A DNA stretch of 60,862 nucleotides, counting the filler, from Circinaria calcarea (Eukaryota): the NCBI GenBank assembly GCA_051942165.1. It is 10 parts of 10 records of this genome, joined end to end, with 100 filler letters (N's around TTAATTAATTAA, not from the genome) between each part and the next. Parts side by side here need not be neighbours in the genome. Positions count along the whole stretch, not along the records: positions 12,201 to 18,199 come from JAVECS010001712.1; positions 18,300 to 24,297 come from JAVECS010001713.1; positions 24,398 to 30,393 come from JAVECS010001714.1; 7 more parts are not named here. The stretch is one strand, 5' to 3'. A program made the position numbers and the translations under genes. Below the pieces are notes generated by a model. The model ran no database searches, was not told where the DNA came from, and saw only the letters and a list, made by a program, of their open reading frames with translations. Of the stretch, positions 12,520 through 25,082 are shown piece by piece; the first letter of the stretch is position 1, and each line of letters opens with the position of its first letter.

Positions 12520-13407
12520 TCAGACTATATCAGAATCTCTAACCACATTATCCTTAGACTCGAACTGCTTTGGTAAAAGATCATCGTGTTGACGTTGGGT
12601 CCCGATAGCGACCTGGTAGCTTTGCTGAACGTTGATATCCTTCGGCCCAACGTTTTGATCGATGCCGTCGTACGGCCAGGGGGATTGGTCTGTCTGGCTT
12701 GCTATCAACGTTGAATTGCCCACGGAGGACGGCTTGATGATTCTGAGTCTGGCTGATGGGGTCCCTTTGTAGGGTAACTGGAGGTTCCAAACTAGAAGAA
12801 CTTAGAGGGTTTACAGCCCAGAATTTCTTCATATAGTGGCTTAAGGGTTGGTATAGACCCGCGAACAATCAATAGAAACATTTCCGATCTGTCAAGCACC
12901 TGTCAGTGGGCTGTAAGTTCGCAAGAGCACACACGGATGTGGGCAAAGTTAGAAGACAGGACACCTACCTAGTCCAAGCATATAAATCAAAAGTGGCCCC
13001 TGTATTTAAGTAACAAAGTCCATATCCTTCTGGTCGAGAGTGTAGACTTACACGTAAGATCAGACCGGGCTGTAATAGAGGAGAGCTGCGAAGTCTTAAT
13101 GGCAGCGCTTGTACCGGCCCTACAACCGATAATTAGACCTTGACCTTCCAAGCATTTTCCAAGGAAATCTCTTACAGAACACCCAAGCCCAAAAGAATAC
13201 ATAGTCCCATTTTCTTCCCGGGCTTCAAATTCAAATTTCAGACTATTGTAACCGGGATTATAGCCAAAGTGAAATCGACAAAAGCGTTCCAAGCTGTCGA
13301 GGACTTGGCTTTGAATATGGGTTTGCGGAGAGGAAACCTACAGCCAAGAAAGACAGCAAAATCAGACTGCGCCTTAGGGTTCCAGCATTTTGCTCCAGGA
13401 ACAACAT
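12520..13407 (-). pseudogene. 3' half of a PTH11-like (fungal rhodopsin-domain) membrane protein with in-frame stops
   Basis: PGAKCWNP...AWNAFVDFTLAIIPVTIV*NLNLKPGKKMGLCILLGLGVL...AAIKTSQL...RSDLT...EMFLLIVRGSIPTLKPLY. TGA at 13240-13238 sits where Trp is expected, a further TAG lies downstream, and the 5' half is absent. The 3' boundary is approximate. Confidence 0.75.
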
Positions 13408-13646
13408 AGCATTTGGTGGAATCTGGATGCCGGCGCCAAGCTTTATTGCAATTGTTGTTTAGCTGTGCTTCCCAATGCAAACGTGGGCCTACAGACTCCT
13501 TGAAATTCCGGCACGCATTCCAAGATCGTGACTTTGTGGCCCGCTTTCCCGAACCCTCTCGCTGCCGCGAGACCACCTAATCCGGCTCCAACGATAACAA
13601 TGTGACAGAGCACTTTGGAATGGTGGGTGTTTGCTTTTTGTGCCAT
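13408..13646 (-). pseudogene. 5' stub of an FAD-dependent monooxygenase (salicylate hydroxylase-like)
   Basis: HIVIVGAGLGGLAAA...GHKVTILE..PEF, putative intron, LGAGIQIPPNA, then the reading ends abruptly at about 13408. Confidence 0.8.
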
Positions 13647-14413
13647 GCTGTTAGTAAAGTTGCAAAGTTCTGGAGACTTGGGTGTCTAGAGTACAGCAAG
13701 TAGGGTTACTCAACCTTCTGCTTGGTCATATACATGCCGAATGTGCTAATGGGAGCAAGAAGCATGATGCAAGATAATGCAAGTTCGAATACCCCCAAGT
13801 GGCGGGCCTTCCCTACTAGCACGGATTGCGTGTAGGCTATCATCTTCCCAGATTGATTCAAAGTCTAGGCCAAGTTGCTCACAGCGAAGGTAGCAGCTGC
13901 ACTGCAGTATGGCAACCCATGTGTTAAACTCGGCTGATCCAACACGCATCAGGCCCCGAGCTGTGGTGCATCTCTTGATTCCTAATAAATACGATGCCAC
14001 CTTCACTCGTACTGCCGAGTTTGGCCCCTTTCCGGTAAGTCTACAGCACATCTCAGAAAAAGATGGGGCGGAGGATTATTCCAGGAGATGGGCTAAGGGC
14101 TATGCATCCCCGAGGGATGCGCTAAGCCGGTCTGCGGCGCGTTCGCCTTACCACAGTAAAGTTTAGCGGTGGACACTCGGCTGGGCCAGCCTCCATAGGG
14201 TACGGGTCATCTTTATACACAATGTATTGGAGAAGCGAACAGCCGGGTGCATCACCGTTATGCAGACGGCTTATGAGGGGCACGGGTTTCTGTTGTGCCA
14301 GTACTCTCATCTGACCGTCCCTCTGGCACCTATAACTTCAAGTCCACGTTTCCACTATCCCCCACCAGCTCGGAAGGTTTCAACGGCGTGAAAAGCGAAC
14401 TACGACAGTCACT

Positions 14414-15850
14414 ATGGCTTCGTCTCCAGGCTCCATCGTCACCCAACTCGAGGCACTTGCTAAAGAAACTCCAAAGGATGAAGCTACTCGTAAGCAGCTT
14501 TTGGATGCTGCTCGGGCCTTGTCATTCGCTCTCGAGTCTACAGGAGATAGCATTCAACGCATCTGCTACGTGGTAACAGCCAACCCTGTTCCTAACACAA
14601 TCATGTGCTAACCGTTCACTACAATTCATAGCCGCTCCAGCTTACCATTGCACGGGTGGCTACTGACTTGAATCTGTTCGATATCCTCTCCAAAAGCAAT
14701 GCTTCAGACATGGACACTGCGACGCTAGCCGAGAAGACTGGTGCCGATGCTGTCTTGCTGAGTAAGTTGATGCACCTCCAAGTTTCCGAACTGGCGAAGT
14801 CATCCATATGTCTGACTCTGCATCCACCGGTAGGGCGTTTGTTGAAATATCTCGCCTCTTTCGGGATGGTCAAGGAAGTCTCAGAGGATAAGTTTGCTGC
14901 TACAAATATCACGAAGACCTTGTCTGTCCCAGGGCTACAGGCCGGGATTAACCATAAGTAAGTCGATTTCTTAGCGACGATCCGAACGTCACCGGGAATG
15001 GCTTTAACTTTGTGTCAGTTTCGAGACGATGATGCCATGCTATCAGAATCTTCCTAGCTTCCTAGCGGACACCAAATACCAGAACCCCGCCGATGGTACC
15101 AATAGTCCTTTCCAACGGGCTCATAACACTGATCAACATCCGTTCTTTTGGATCCTGGGCCACCCCTCAAACTTTAACTACTTCGTTCAATGGATGACTG
15201 CACAACGTGAAGGGATGAAAACGTGGCTCGATGTGTTCCCGTTCGAAGAGAAGCTTTGCCAAGGAGTGGACTCGAATACGCTACTTTTCGTCGACATTGG
15301 GGGTGGGGTTGGTCATCAGTGTGATGCCCTAAAGGCCAGATACCCTAAGATTCCAGGGCGTGTTATCTTACAGGATCTACCCCCGGTTGTTGGGCAAGCC
15401 AAGCCAATCGAAGGAGTAGAATTCATGCCCCATGACTTCTGGACACCACAGCCAGTCAAAGGTATATCAAGACACCCCCACACGTAATATCTCCATTGTA
15501 TCCAGTCTGACTAATAACAAACTACATCAACAACAGGAGCACGAGCCTACTATATGCGCAACATCATGCACGATTACCCGGATGCAAAGTGCAAGGAGCT
15601 CCTTCAATTGACCATGGATGCCATGGGCAACGACTCCGTCATTCTTATTGACGACATGATTCTTCCGAATCAGGGTACGCACTGGCAGGCGGCGCAGCTA
15701 GACATGGCTATGATGGCAACCGTAGCCGCAATGGAGCGGTCGGAGAAGCAATGGTACGCCTTGCTGGACTCGGCAGGGCTGAAAATTGTGGAAACGTACA
15801 AGTACACCGAAGAGCTCTCGGATAGTATTATCGTTGCGGTACCCAAATAG
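14414..15850 (+). CDS. SAM-dependent O-methyltransferase (fungal secondary-metabolism class II, OmtB-like), multi-exon
   Basis: N-terminal dimerisation helices, LFVDIGGGVGHQ, ILQDLP, HDFWTPQPVKGARAYYMRNIMHDYPD, MERSEKQWYALL. Confidence 0.93.
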
Positions 15851-17020
15851 AGGCTGAGGAGAGGCTGTCTTCTCAGACCTGGACCCGTTCAGGTCATACT
15901 TAGCCTAGTCAAACACACCTAGATAGCAGGAATCCGGTTGTTGACGCTAACCATTACATATACCGAAATTCCGAAACGTGATTGGTCCCTAGGCTCCTTG
16001 CCCTACGCTTGGTAGATTTGGGGATTGATGATCGCGGACACGGTTCCAAGGGGAGGGGGGGAAAAAATAAGGTAAGTACACTGCCTAGAAAATGGCGTGC
16101 TGTGTGTATGTAGAAGGTGCCTCCAATGACCAAACATCCCGTAACGTCGATGCATATGTGAGGGGCGGTTCTCTTAGTAGACTTTTACATCGGTCAAACG
16201 GGCCGAGCCGCCTCTAACGCGCGAACCGAGAAATGGCTAGTTGGCTCCTCCTTCCAGGTTCATTCAGGCTCATTCCAAGAAATCCGAAAAAAATAATTCC
16301 CACACAACCCACAAAACTGGTTGTGACGCTACTGTAGATATGGGGGGGGGGAGGGAGAGAGACGGTTTTACGACGTAGAAGCCCAGGTAAAAAAGCCCGG
16401 TAGATTTTGATCAGACCGGCATCGGGATCGGGATCTGTAGTTCTCTCTTCGAGAAAATAGTTAGTTGGTTGAAACGCTCTTTTCTCTCCCCAACTTCCCC
16501 CCCGCGCGTCCCGAAAGGGGAAAAAAGGAAAAATCCTCTGTTGAATATTGTTTCCGCGGGAGAGTGTTGGGAAAAAGCGCGCTTTTTTCGTTACGATGTT
16601 TAACCAAGTGGAATTCTCTGGAGGAAAAGAAACAAGATCCCCCTCACGTTAAGTAAGGGAATTCAGGCTCCCTGGCTTCTTACATGCCTGGGTCCCTTTT
16701 GACAATAAAGTGTTGCTAGAGCGGAGCCTGCTAAGAGCCCTTTCGGAAATCCGATTGAAATTACTCTTAGCACAGCACGGGACAACGGGATATAGTGAAA
16801 AGGATGTGCTGTGTTTCTATATATACAACGAAGTAAAGAAGTACCGCGCTGCATATGAAGCCCATGCAGCTTTAGTAGAGCCCTTCTTCTGAACTGCGAT
16901 GATGGAGTGATTAAGATGCACAAATACCCAACTGCCCTAATTTCTCATGAAAATTCTTAACGGCCCCCCCGAAAGTCCCTGACCCCTATTTCCGGTCCGT
17001 TACTCCCTTGTTCTAACGAC

Positions 17021-18199
17021 TCATCTCGAATTCCGAGCCTGCCTTGCTAGATGCGCATTGAATTCATCTGCCGTCGCCGGATGTTCCTCGAATTTCCTTG
17101 AAGCAAACTCCTCCCCCGGTCCGTCTTCGGTGTTTCCCTCTTCCGGCGAGCTGGGAACCACATCACCCGCTTCGTCGTCGTCGTAGCAAAATAAATCATC
17201 CACGCTGAATCGCTTCCAGGGTTCGGGTTTTTTGCTTGCTTTGCAGCCGCCAATCTCGCGGCTAAAGGTCTCCGCGAAGGCATCTGCTTGCTTGTTGGAC
17301 GTAACTGTTGTGAGGATATTCCCGGAGTAAGAGAGAAGCGTGAGAAATGAAAGTTCAGGAAGGTCGCCCGCGTTGGGAAGGATGGTGAGGAGGGGTGTCT
17401 TCAGAAGAGGGACTTCGAGAGAGTGCGATTGAATAGTGGACATGGCTTTTGGGTCGACTGTGAACGGTTCGTTAGGACCTCGTGTGGAAGATGACGGAGA
17501 CGACATATCAGCGGGGGAGATCGAGGAAACAAATTCTTCAGGCGGCTGGTAAAGTTCATTGTGAACAGTAACAATAGAATCGAGAGGTCCAAAGTTTGGA
17601 TATAATAGGGTATATCCTTTGATACGCATGAATTCAAGCATGTACGCCATCCATGGAGGGTACTTCGAACTGACAATCTTTGGTCGTGATGGTAGAGGAG
17701 ATTCAGTGACCCGGCTGGCAGAGATGCGAGCGGAGAAGAAAGCGTGCAGCTCGACCCACTTGTCCCCAAAATAAAGAGCGGCATTGCTATTAGGGGCCTG
17801 CCAGAGGAAGGGTAAAGTCCCGGTGGAACTAACGGATTCCTTTCGATTGCTCTCTTCCTCCGGGTCGGAATTGAGTTTGTTTGATGGTGGAGAGAGAGGC
17901 TCAGTCTCATTAAGATGATAAGAGGGCAGCTCGAGACTGATGCCCATCAGACTATCTGCTTCTTGTGAAGCCGATCCGTACGACGAATATTTATATTCTA
18001 GAAGATTATATATTAAGTAATGGTAATAAAGCGGCGAGAGCTCGGCTTGAGGAGATAGGAGCAAAACGTGTGAGTCTTTAGGGCGTGCTGGATAAAAGCT
18101 TTCTAGAAAGTGTATAGATGCTTCTTCTGTTCCGGCTTTCCTTTGAGGGATCCGATGGCGAAGGGTTACATGAGACGAGTGTGGCGCTCCTGACGGGTC
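17021..18199 (-). CDS. Conserved fungal protein of the type commonly annotated glycosyltransferase-2-like (5' truncated)
   Basis: Frame open from the contig end: VTLRHRIPQR...EASIHFLESFYPARPKDSHVLLLSPQAELSPLYYHYL...GISLELPS...FLWQAPNSNAALYFGDKWVELH. Family recalled from memory, not searched. Confidence 0.7.
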   Translation of the reverse strand, partial: DPSGAPHSSHVTLRHRIPQRKAGTEEASIHFLESFYPARPKDSHVLLLSPQAELSPLYYHYLIYNLLEYKYSSYGSASQEADSLMGISLELPSYHLNETEPLSPPSNKLNSDPEEESNRKESVSSTGTLPFLWQAPNSNAALYFGDKWVELHAFFSARISASRVTESPLPSRPKIVSSKYPPWMAYMLEFMRIKGYTLLYPNFGPLDSIVTVHNELYQPPEEFVSSISPADMSSPSSSTRGPNEPFTVDPKAMSTIQSHSLEVPLLKTPLLTILPNAGDLPELSFLTLLSYSGNILTTVTSNKQADAFAETFSREIGGCKASKKPEPWKRFSVDDLFCYDDDEAGDVVPSSPEEGNTEDGPGEEFASRKFEEHPATADEFNAHLARQARNSR

Positions 18200-18299
18200 N
18201 NNNNNNNNNNNNNNNNNNNNNNNNNNNNNNNNNNNNNNNNNNNTTAATTAATTAANNNNNNNNNNNNNNNNNNNNNNNNNNNNNNNNNNNNNNNNNNNN

Positions 18300-18456
18300 G
18301 GTCGTTGCGAAGCGTGGCAAGGACGCCGTGTATGTGCAAGATGGCAGCAAGCTGAAAGAAGAACTTCGAGAGCTATTTCTCAAGATGACATGGCTAGAGA
18401 TCAAGGAGAGCGGACTCTGGGAACCAAACGAGCAGGATCCCTGTAGGCATCTTTAG
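18300..18456 (+). CDS. Possible 3' end of an unidentified gene
   Basis: Open frame from the contig start: VVAKRGKDAVYVQDGSKLKEELRELFLKMTWLEIKESGLWEPNEQDPCRHL*. No family recognised. Confidence 0.3.
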
Positions 18457-21157
18457 CATGCATGCCCCCTACTTGAGCATTTAAGTTACGAGCTGTTGTC
18501 GATGCGTGGTCACGGTAGTGGTTGTTAGATTGTGGCAGAGGAAGACTACGGGCTCGATGTTCTCACTCTTCCTGGCCTTTGCTTATGATACGTCTTGCCC
18601 AACCGATTAGTCCAGAAAGTATTGAGATTATCACACCGTGAAAGTTTAACAGCTTGACTATTTCAGTTCGAAGCAAACTTGTTGCTCACCTAAAATCTCA
18701 CGCGGTAGATTATCATGCATGACGGCGAGTACAAGTAAACCGCCTCTGTTGCGTCTACACTAAACCAAACCTATTCCCTTCCACGCAAGCCACTCTTCCC
18801 ACAAGAAGGATAGCGGGTAGGAAATGGCCGATCATGGTTTTTACGTGGAAACGGACTTGCATTGATTTGCGGTTGAAAAGTGTTTTGGAAGGCGCTGGGC
18901 CTTCCATGATCGTAGGGAGATTTAGAGGCTTGTTGCGAGATGGCTGCTTACGCCTCAAGCACGTAAAAGTGAACTGGATTTAAATCAAGTACGGTACACA
19001 TATATGAAAACAGGTTATGCAAGTATAAACGGTGCCTAATAAGGGACTGCTCCCATTGGCATATTTTGTTTCCTTTCGACCACAACCTAATAATAACGAC
19101 GTAGATAGCTTATTAGACGCCAGAGAGCAGGATATACTAGAGGCCAAGCTTCCCATAGTGCAGCCAGTGCAGCCCTTATATACAGTTGTATAGAGCCATC
19201 AGCCATTTCCACGCCCCTTTTTAAACCACCGGAGCCTTGATGCTCAATGACGGAGACTATTTACCTTAGGTTAGCAAGCCGTGAGCTGCACTGCCAATGT
19301 GCACCATCAGTGCAATGTAGAGGGTAATATTGCCATGCCAATGCAGTCCGGAGCATCTCGCTGCGATACGGCACCGCCTGCACTATCAGAGGTTGTGGTA
19401 GTATTGCCAAGGTAGCCGATATTTCTAATATTATCTTTTACCAACGAGCTGGGGAAGAGCCGTTGACCTTTGTGGCCAGATTGTTGCTCTCTTCTTCAAC
19501 GAAGACACTAAGCGGCCGCTATTATCTGAAGCCAGGGTGAAGCTCTCTGTGCATTTCCATCGGATTTATCATAGTCACCTATTTGGTCTCTGTTATGCAC
19601 CTCCGTTTTCGGGCTATGACATGTCAGAAAACCAGCTTCCAATTGACTTTCCCAACTTTTACCTGACGGCGGACGTTGGTTCAGCAGCATCACGAGCGGC
19701 GCAATTGAGAGGACTACCAACCTTGATGCTGTTTGGGAGTGGAGAGTCAGGTAGGAGACTTGCTTCAAGTAACGGCCGGACGCCTATAGTCTGACTCTAG
19801 TATACTCCAAGACTTAGTGGGGTGTTTAGCATTTCGTCCACCAGATTAGGGCCGATGCCGTAGCTAAGCAGCATGCCAAGGGCTCTGACAACTCTTCACT
19901 CTTCAGGCTGAAGCCTACTCAAGTCAATCCGACCTACAGCATCGGAATGTCGATAGCATCCCATACTTTGTCGCTTGGGCAATTATCACGTGGAGAAGTC
20001 AGTCACAGGAGAATATATACAGGCATCTCAATAGGGGAAATAAGCTTTGGATTTGCAGTTTGCATTGGCAGATATCATGAATTCAAGAATTTGAGTGTTA
20101 GAGCTACTGAAAATCTAGGCCAGCCGACTGGTTGCTTTGCATAAATTGGTGAGTCCGACCAGCATCGGAGCTTACTCGGAGCAGAAATAAACCTTGGGGT
20201 ACTGCTCACGTCTCTCGGAGACCTTGAGGCATGCTTGAAACAACCTTTCATACCTTCAATATTCTTCTTCAATTCAAAACTGATAGATTGCGCAAAACTT
20301 GGGACTCGTCGGAGTTTACTAAGTTGCACAGACGGCCCAACTTCAGGCTCGTATGCTAGCTGAAGTCGGACGATCCGAGATTAACAGAAGCCGAGCTGAA
20401 ACCAGTGAACCACATACACCGGGGGACTCTAACCTCTGTCACGTGTGTCGGTTATCACACCGAGGGCTGAGCAGTAGGAGGCCAGCATACCAACGAAAAG
20501 CTGTCCTATTACGCGGTCAACAAGCCCTGGCGCTATGGGTTTCTGTTGCGTATGACAAGTGCAAGAGTATCTAGGCCGACAGACAGTGCTGGCAGAACGA
20601 ATGAAGCCGACACCCCCTCCTTCGGAGCATGCCGGAACTTCTTGCACCACTGCTCTTGTTCCTTGGCCGAAATGTCGTCTGCGATATGGCGGAGGAAGCT
20701 CGCTGAATAAGGGGTAAATCTGTGCTAAGAGTCGTGCTTGAAACTAAGCTGCCAGCGCATGAAGCATTACTCAACTCGGCTGATCTCCCTAATCAGAATT
20801 TCTTCTAGGGAATCTCTCAACATCTCTTGTTGTCTGGTAAGATCATTAAATTATTCGTTCCGAAGACCTGACTGGTTCTGCGTAAACTGAGCAGTGATAG
20901 TGGATACTGTCTCAAACTCCAATAGGACGCATATCATATTTTTCTAGTATCCGTTCAGATGGATACTCTGGCTTAACGGGATGGGTGACTTGGCGGTTGG
21001 TTCAAGTTGCAAGCCCTTCACTGCCATGGGTGCATTGTACGAGCTAGCATTGGTTTCGGCGTCAACAAGTATGTCTTTTGCCCAGTTTCAACGCGCCCAT
21101 CTGTTTGTTGGGCTAGGTTGAAGATGGGAGTTGACGGGAATAACCCGAGATTTTACC

Positions 21158-22642
21158 CTACTCCCTGCTTCCCCTCCTCCTAGCCCTTTCACAGAGCTCT
21201 TTTAGCATATATCCCGCTCGCTCGAAATCCTTCAATTCAAGATAGATTTGCCCACTCAGCCTGGCCCAAATTACTCCTGCATGTACCATCGTAGGAACCA
21301 TAGTATCGAAGTCTTCAATAGTCCGTTGTGTTATCCATTTGGCGAGCTTGGGGGCTTCATCTATACTGATATACTCCTCGCTGTCTATCTGCACATCCAT
21401 AATCCCCGGTTGAATGGCTGATTTGGCATGCTGATCTCGAGAAAAGTTGCGAGAAACGAGTGTTAAAGGTAGTCGTACGTTTGCGAAGCAGCAGTTTTGG
21501 AGTGTCTTTGCGCCGTTACTCATCATCTCTGTGCCAAGGATCTGAGCCATTAGGCTGGCCCCGGCCTGCGCAATATACTTGCAGTATTCTCTGATGCTTC
21601 TCTCACCACCGCATATGTTATTGCGGAACTTCAACGCTTCTGGGACACAAACATACGGTGTAGCATCGACGGTGGCGACCTTGTTGAATAACTCGACGAA
21701 CGGGTTGCTACCAACGGTGGATAGCTGACCTGATGCCGTCGCCATCGGATCTGAACGGGATCGGAATCCCCAAGAAGTAGGCAATGAGGTGCGGATCAAG
21801 TGCTGGTTGCGAGCTGGAACGTGGAAGACGGCGCAGCCGCGAGGCACATAGAGCCATCTGCTAAGGTTAGTGACTCTGTTACCTCTGGACGCATACTCCA
21901 GGGTGTCTTCGGGTCTATGTGCCATGCATTAGAGGACTTACTTGTAGCAATTACTTGCAAAAAAATCCGGTCCGACTTTGCCCAGGTCCGTCAACTCGAT
22001 ATGACCAATGCCGTGCGCGCCATCAATTAGACTCAGAATGCTCAGTTCTTTACAAGCCTGTACTAGGGCCTCCCACGGCATTCTCACACCAGGGAAAGTA
22101 AGTACAGTATCGAACATGGCAACCTTGACCTTCCTTCCATCCTGACGCGTTTCGTTAACCATATCGCGAAATTTCTCAACGATCTCTTGATCCTCCAGCG
22201 GATACTCAAGCAATATACACGCGCTCTCTGCTGGTGTAGTCTCGCACACATAATCAACAGTCTTTTCGCAAGCCCCATACGCGGTGCTGAAATATAATAT
22301 TACATCCCCTTTGCCGTAGAACAGATTCCTCAGCACGGTATTCACGGCCGTAGTAGCATTAGGAACAAAGACGACTTCATCAACTGGAACACCAAGAAGG
22401 GAAGCGACAGCTGCACGGGAATTACCTAGCAGCTCTGGCATCGTGTACCGGAGGTAAGGATCAGGTCGAGATTCAGTCAGATCTTGTATCTTGCGTTGAT
22501 AGTCCCGTACAGAGGTTGGAAAGGCTCCGAACGAGCCATGATTCAGATTTGTATAGGCTTTATCGAAGTTGAAGTGTTCGTTCCGCATTGCACGTCCAAA
22601 AGGAACAACAGTCTCGAGCACGTCTTCGCTTCGGGGATCCAT
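21158..22642 (-). CDS. PLP-dependent class-V enzyme, hercynylcysteine sulfoxide lyase (Egt2)/LolT-like, one intron
   Basis: [63 protein letters not shown] (PLP lysine split by the intron), WARLSGQIYLE. Confidence 0.9.
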
Positions 22643-23256
22643 ACTGAGGTCCAAGGTCTTGGCTTTTTTGGAAACTCGGTCTCAGTGGCAAATCTCGCCT
22701 TTACAGATGGTATTAGGTCTTTGACGGGCTGTAGAGAAAGCTGATGCCAACTGAAGAAGTTAGTTTTTTTATCATAGGCATAGATCTTGACCCGCATGAC
22801 TCCAACCACCTTGTTAAAACATTGCTGTCATGGTTTCCTTTACTTGGTACAAATTTATCCGTGGTCAAGAACGCAAAAGCACGGTTATACTTCGTAATCT
22901 ATAAACGTTTGACAGAGTAAGGATCATAAATAGAAAAAGTGCAAACAGGTTGTCCCAACGCAATTAGTACTATCGCATACTCAAATCCCCAAAGGTGAAG
23001 TTGCTGTGATAATGGTGAGCGTTGAATTAACCTTTTCTAGGTGGGGTAGTTTATCTTGACTTTGATTTAGGTGGAGGTGCTGGGAAGTATTCGAAACCTC
23101 AATGTCTACTGGGGAGAGTGTTTGCGATTGAGGAAACGAGCTTTACGGAACACTTTTCGGTCACGAATTCTATTACTTTTGTCAATTTAATCCTTATCTT
23201 CTGGAGCATCCCACATGTAAGATGGACACATAGGAACTGTAGCCTTCTTGCCGTTG

Positions 23257-24297
23257 ATGATGAACGGAAAATTAATACTGTTCACTGGGGCACCAGATGC
23301 TTACTCGTTACAATGGGACGAGGAAGAGCTCTCTGTTTCCTTGTTACCGTGCTTCTCATCTCCATGTATTCTTTCTGGCGACAATGTGCAACTAAGCAAC
23401 CAAGCGCCGCTCTGGCGGTCAATCCCCCTAGAAAGACAGCATCTACCAACGGGACTGACCCCAAATATCCCGCAGCTAGAATTGGTCAATGAACCCACTG
23501 CCAATAGCTTTGATGGCGAAGAGACTTCCTTTTTGGATATCAAGGATCCCTTCGGCGTCTTCACTGGCTCACAAGTCAACAATGAAGATCTACCCCCTTC
23601 TTCCGAAGGAGCAGAAAAGCTCCTTACCCAATTCTATGAGCACTCCTTTGCTGTCCATGAAGGACTTCCAAGCTCCCAAATCATCGACCACGATGATTCA
23701 TATGATACGACTTCCTTGACCGTATCATCAGACTACTCCTCATCCCATGAGCTAGGCTCAACAGCATCCCCTACAAACACGACACCCAAGCCTACGATAC
23801 CGTCCTCCGCTCATCTCAGTGATCTGGAGGACATCCCCAATGCCGCCTATGTCCGCTCAATCGAGCCCCAAACCATGAGTGTGAACCTAATAGTTGGCAT
23901 CATCTCCATGCATCCGCCGCGAAATATCAAGGCCCGCAAAGAAGGCCGCCCCTTGGAACTCATTGAGTTGACAGTTGGCGACGAAACCAGGGCAGGCTTC
24001 GGCATTAACGTCTGGCTTTCATCCTCGAAAATTCAGTCAGAATGCCTACGAACTGCCATATCTGATCTCCGGCCGCAGGACATCGTCCTACTCAGGAACG
24101 TAGGCCTCAGCGAGTTCCGCGGTAACGTCTATGGGCAAAGTTTGAGGAAGGATAGAACGAAGCTGCATCTGCTGTACCGCAATACGATAGATAGAAACGA
24201 TCGCAAGGGGGCCTATAGTAGCAAGGAGCTGGATAGTGCCGATGTGACCCAGCCGCAGATTACTAAGATAAAAACGGTGAAGGATTGGGTGATGAGG
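23257..24297 (+). CDS. Nucleic-acid-binding OB-fold protein (3' truncated)
   Basis: LILFTGAP N-terminal motif, FYEHSFAVH, then LSDLEDIPNAAYVRSIEPQTMSVNLIVGIIS...LTVGDETRAGFGINVWL...LRPQDIVLLRNVGLSEFRGNVYGQSLR, a Pot1/RPA-type OB strand pattern. Confidence 0.75.
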
Positions 24298-25082
24298 NNN
24301 NNNNNNNNNNNNNNNNNNNNNNNNNNNNNNNNNNNNNNNNNTTAATTAATTAANNNNNNNNNNNNNNNNNNNNNNNNNNNNNNNNNNNNNNNNNNNNGTG
24401 TACGTAGATTCGGGGGAGGGAGCGGGGGCAGGAAACAAGAGGGAATAGAAAGGGGACGGGTGGAGTGTGCCGGTGTTAGGGAAGCGACATTGGGGTACTT
24501 TTGGCGAGTAGAAGGTAAGGGGAGAGCAGACGTGAGCCGGTTGGACCCAAGGGGAAGAGTCGTTGGAGGATCGACCCGGGGGCATTGAAAGGTGGAGAAA
24601 TGTGGTGGATATGGATGAGGGAAGGTTTTCGTTTGTTGGTATGGGAGGATCCAAAGGTTTATGTGCGCGAGAGTGTTGTATAAACTGTAGATACGGGTCA
24701 AAGAGATCAGGAGTGGATGGTGGCAGACGGGTCTGAAGGCAGAAGCGATGCAAAATCCTCAAGCGCGGTGTGTTCCCTAGACATTTATATACAAAGGGTG
24801 GAACACAGGTCCAAACTTAATAGCACGAGGGCGGGTAAAAGTAGATGAATCTGAAGGATGTCCGGCGAGTGCACGCATTATGGCAATAGTGATAGGATTG
24901 CTTAATTCTATCTCTTGCCCGAAGGGCAGGCTTTGAGGCCCAAAGGCCTTGGTTAGCTAACTAATCCGTTCCTTCCTTTCCCGTAACAAAGGGAAAGCGG
25001 GATGCAAAGCTCCATGTTCCGAGACGCCTGAAAACTTCTTGGAGATGGAAGGGTAGGGGGTTCCCCTTACATATCTCAGATT

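Noticed and set aside
19285..19385. GCAATG/CATTGC-rich patch loosely resembling 53570-53640 (possible small dispersed repeat)
   Set aside because: Similarity too weak and short to distinguish from chance by eye.
18460..21150. 2.7-kb gene-free stretch with several short ORFs, possibly a decayed gene
   Set aside because: No recognisable motif or consistent splice structure in the frames I read; a translated homology search is needed.
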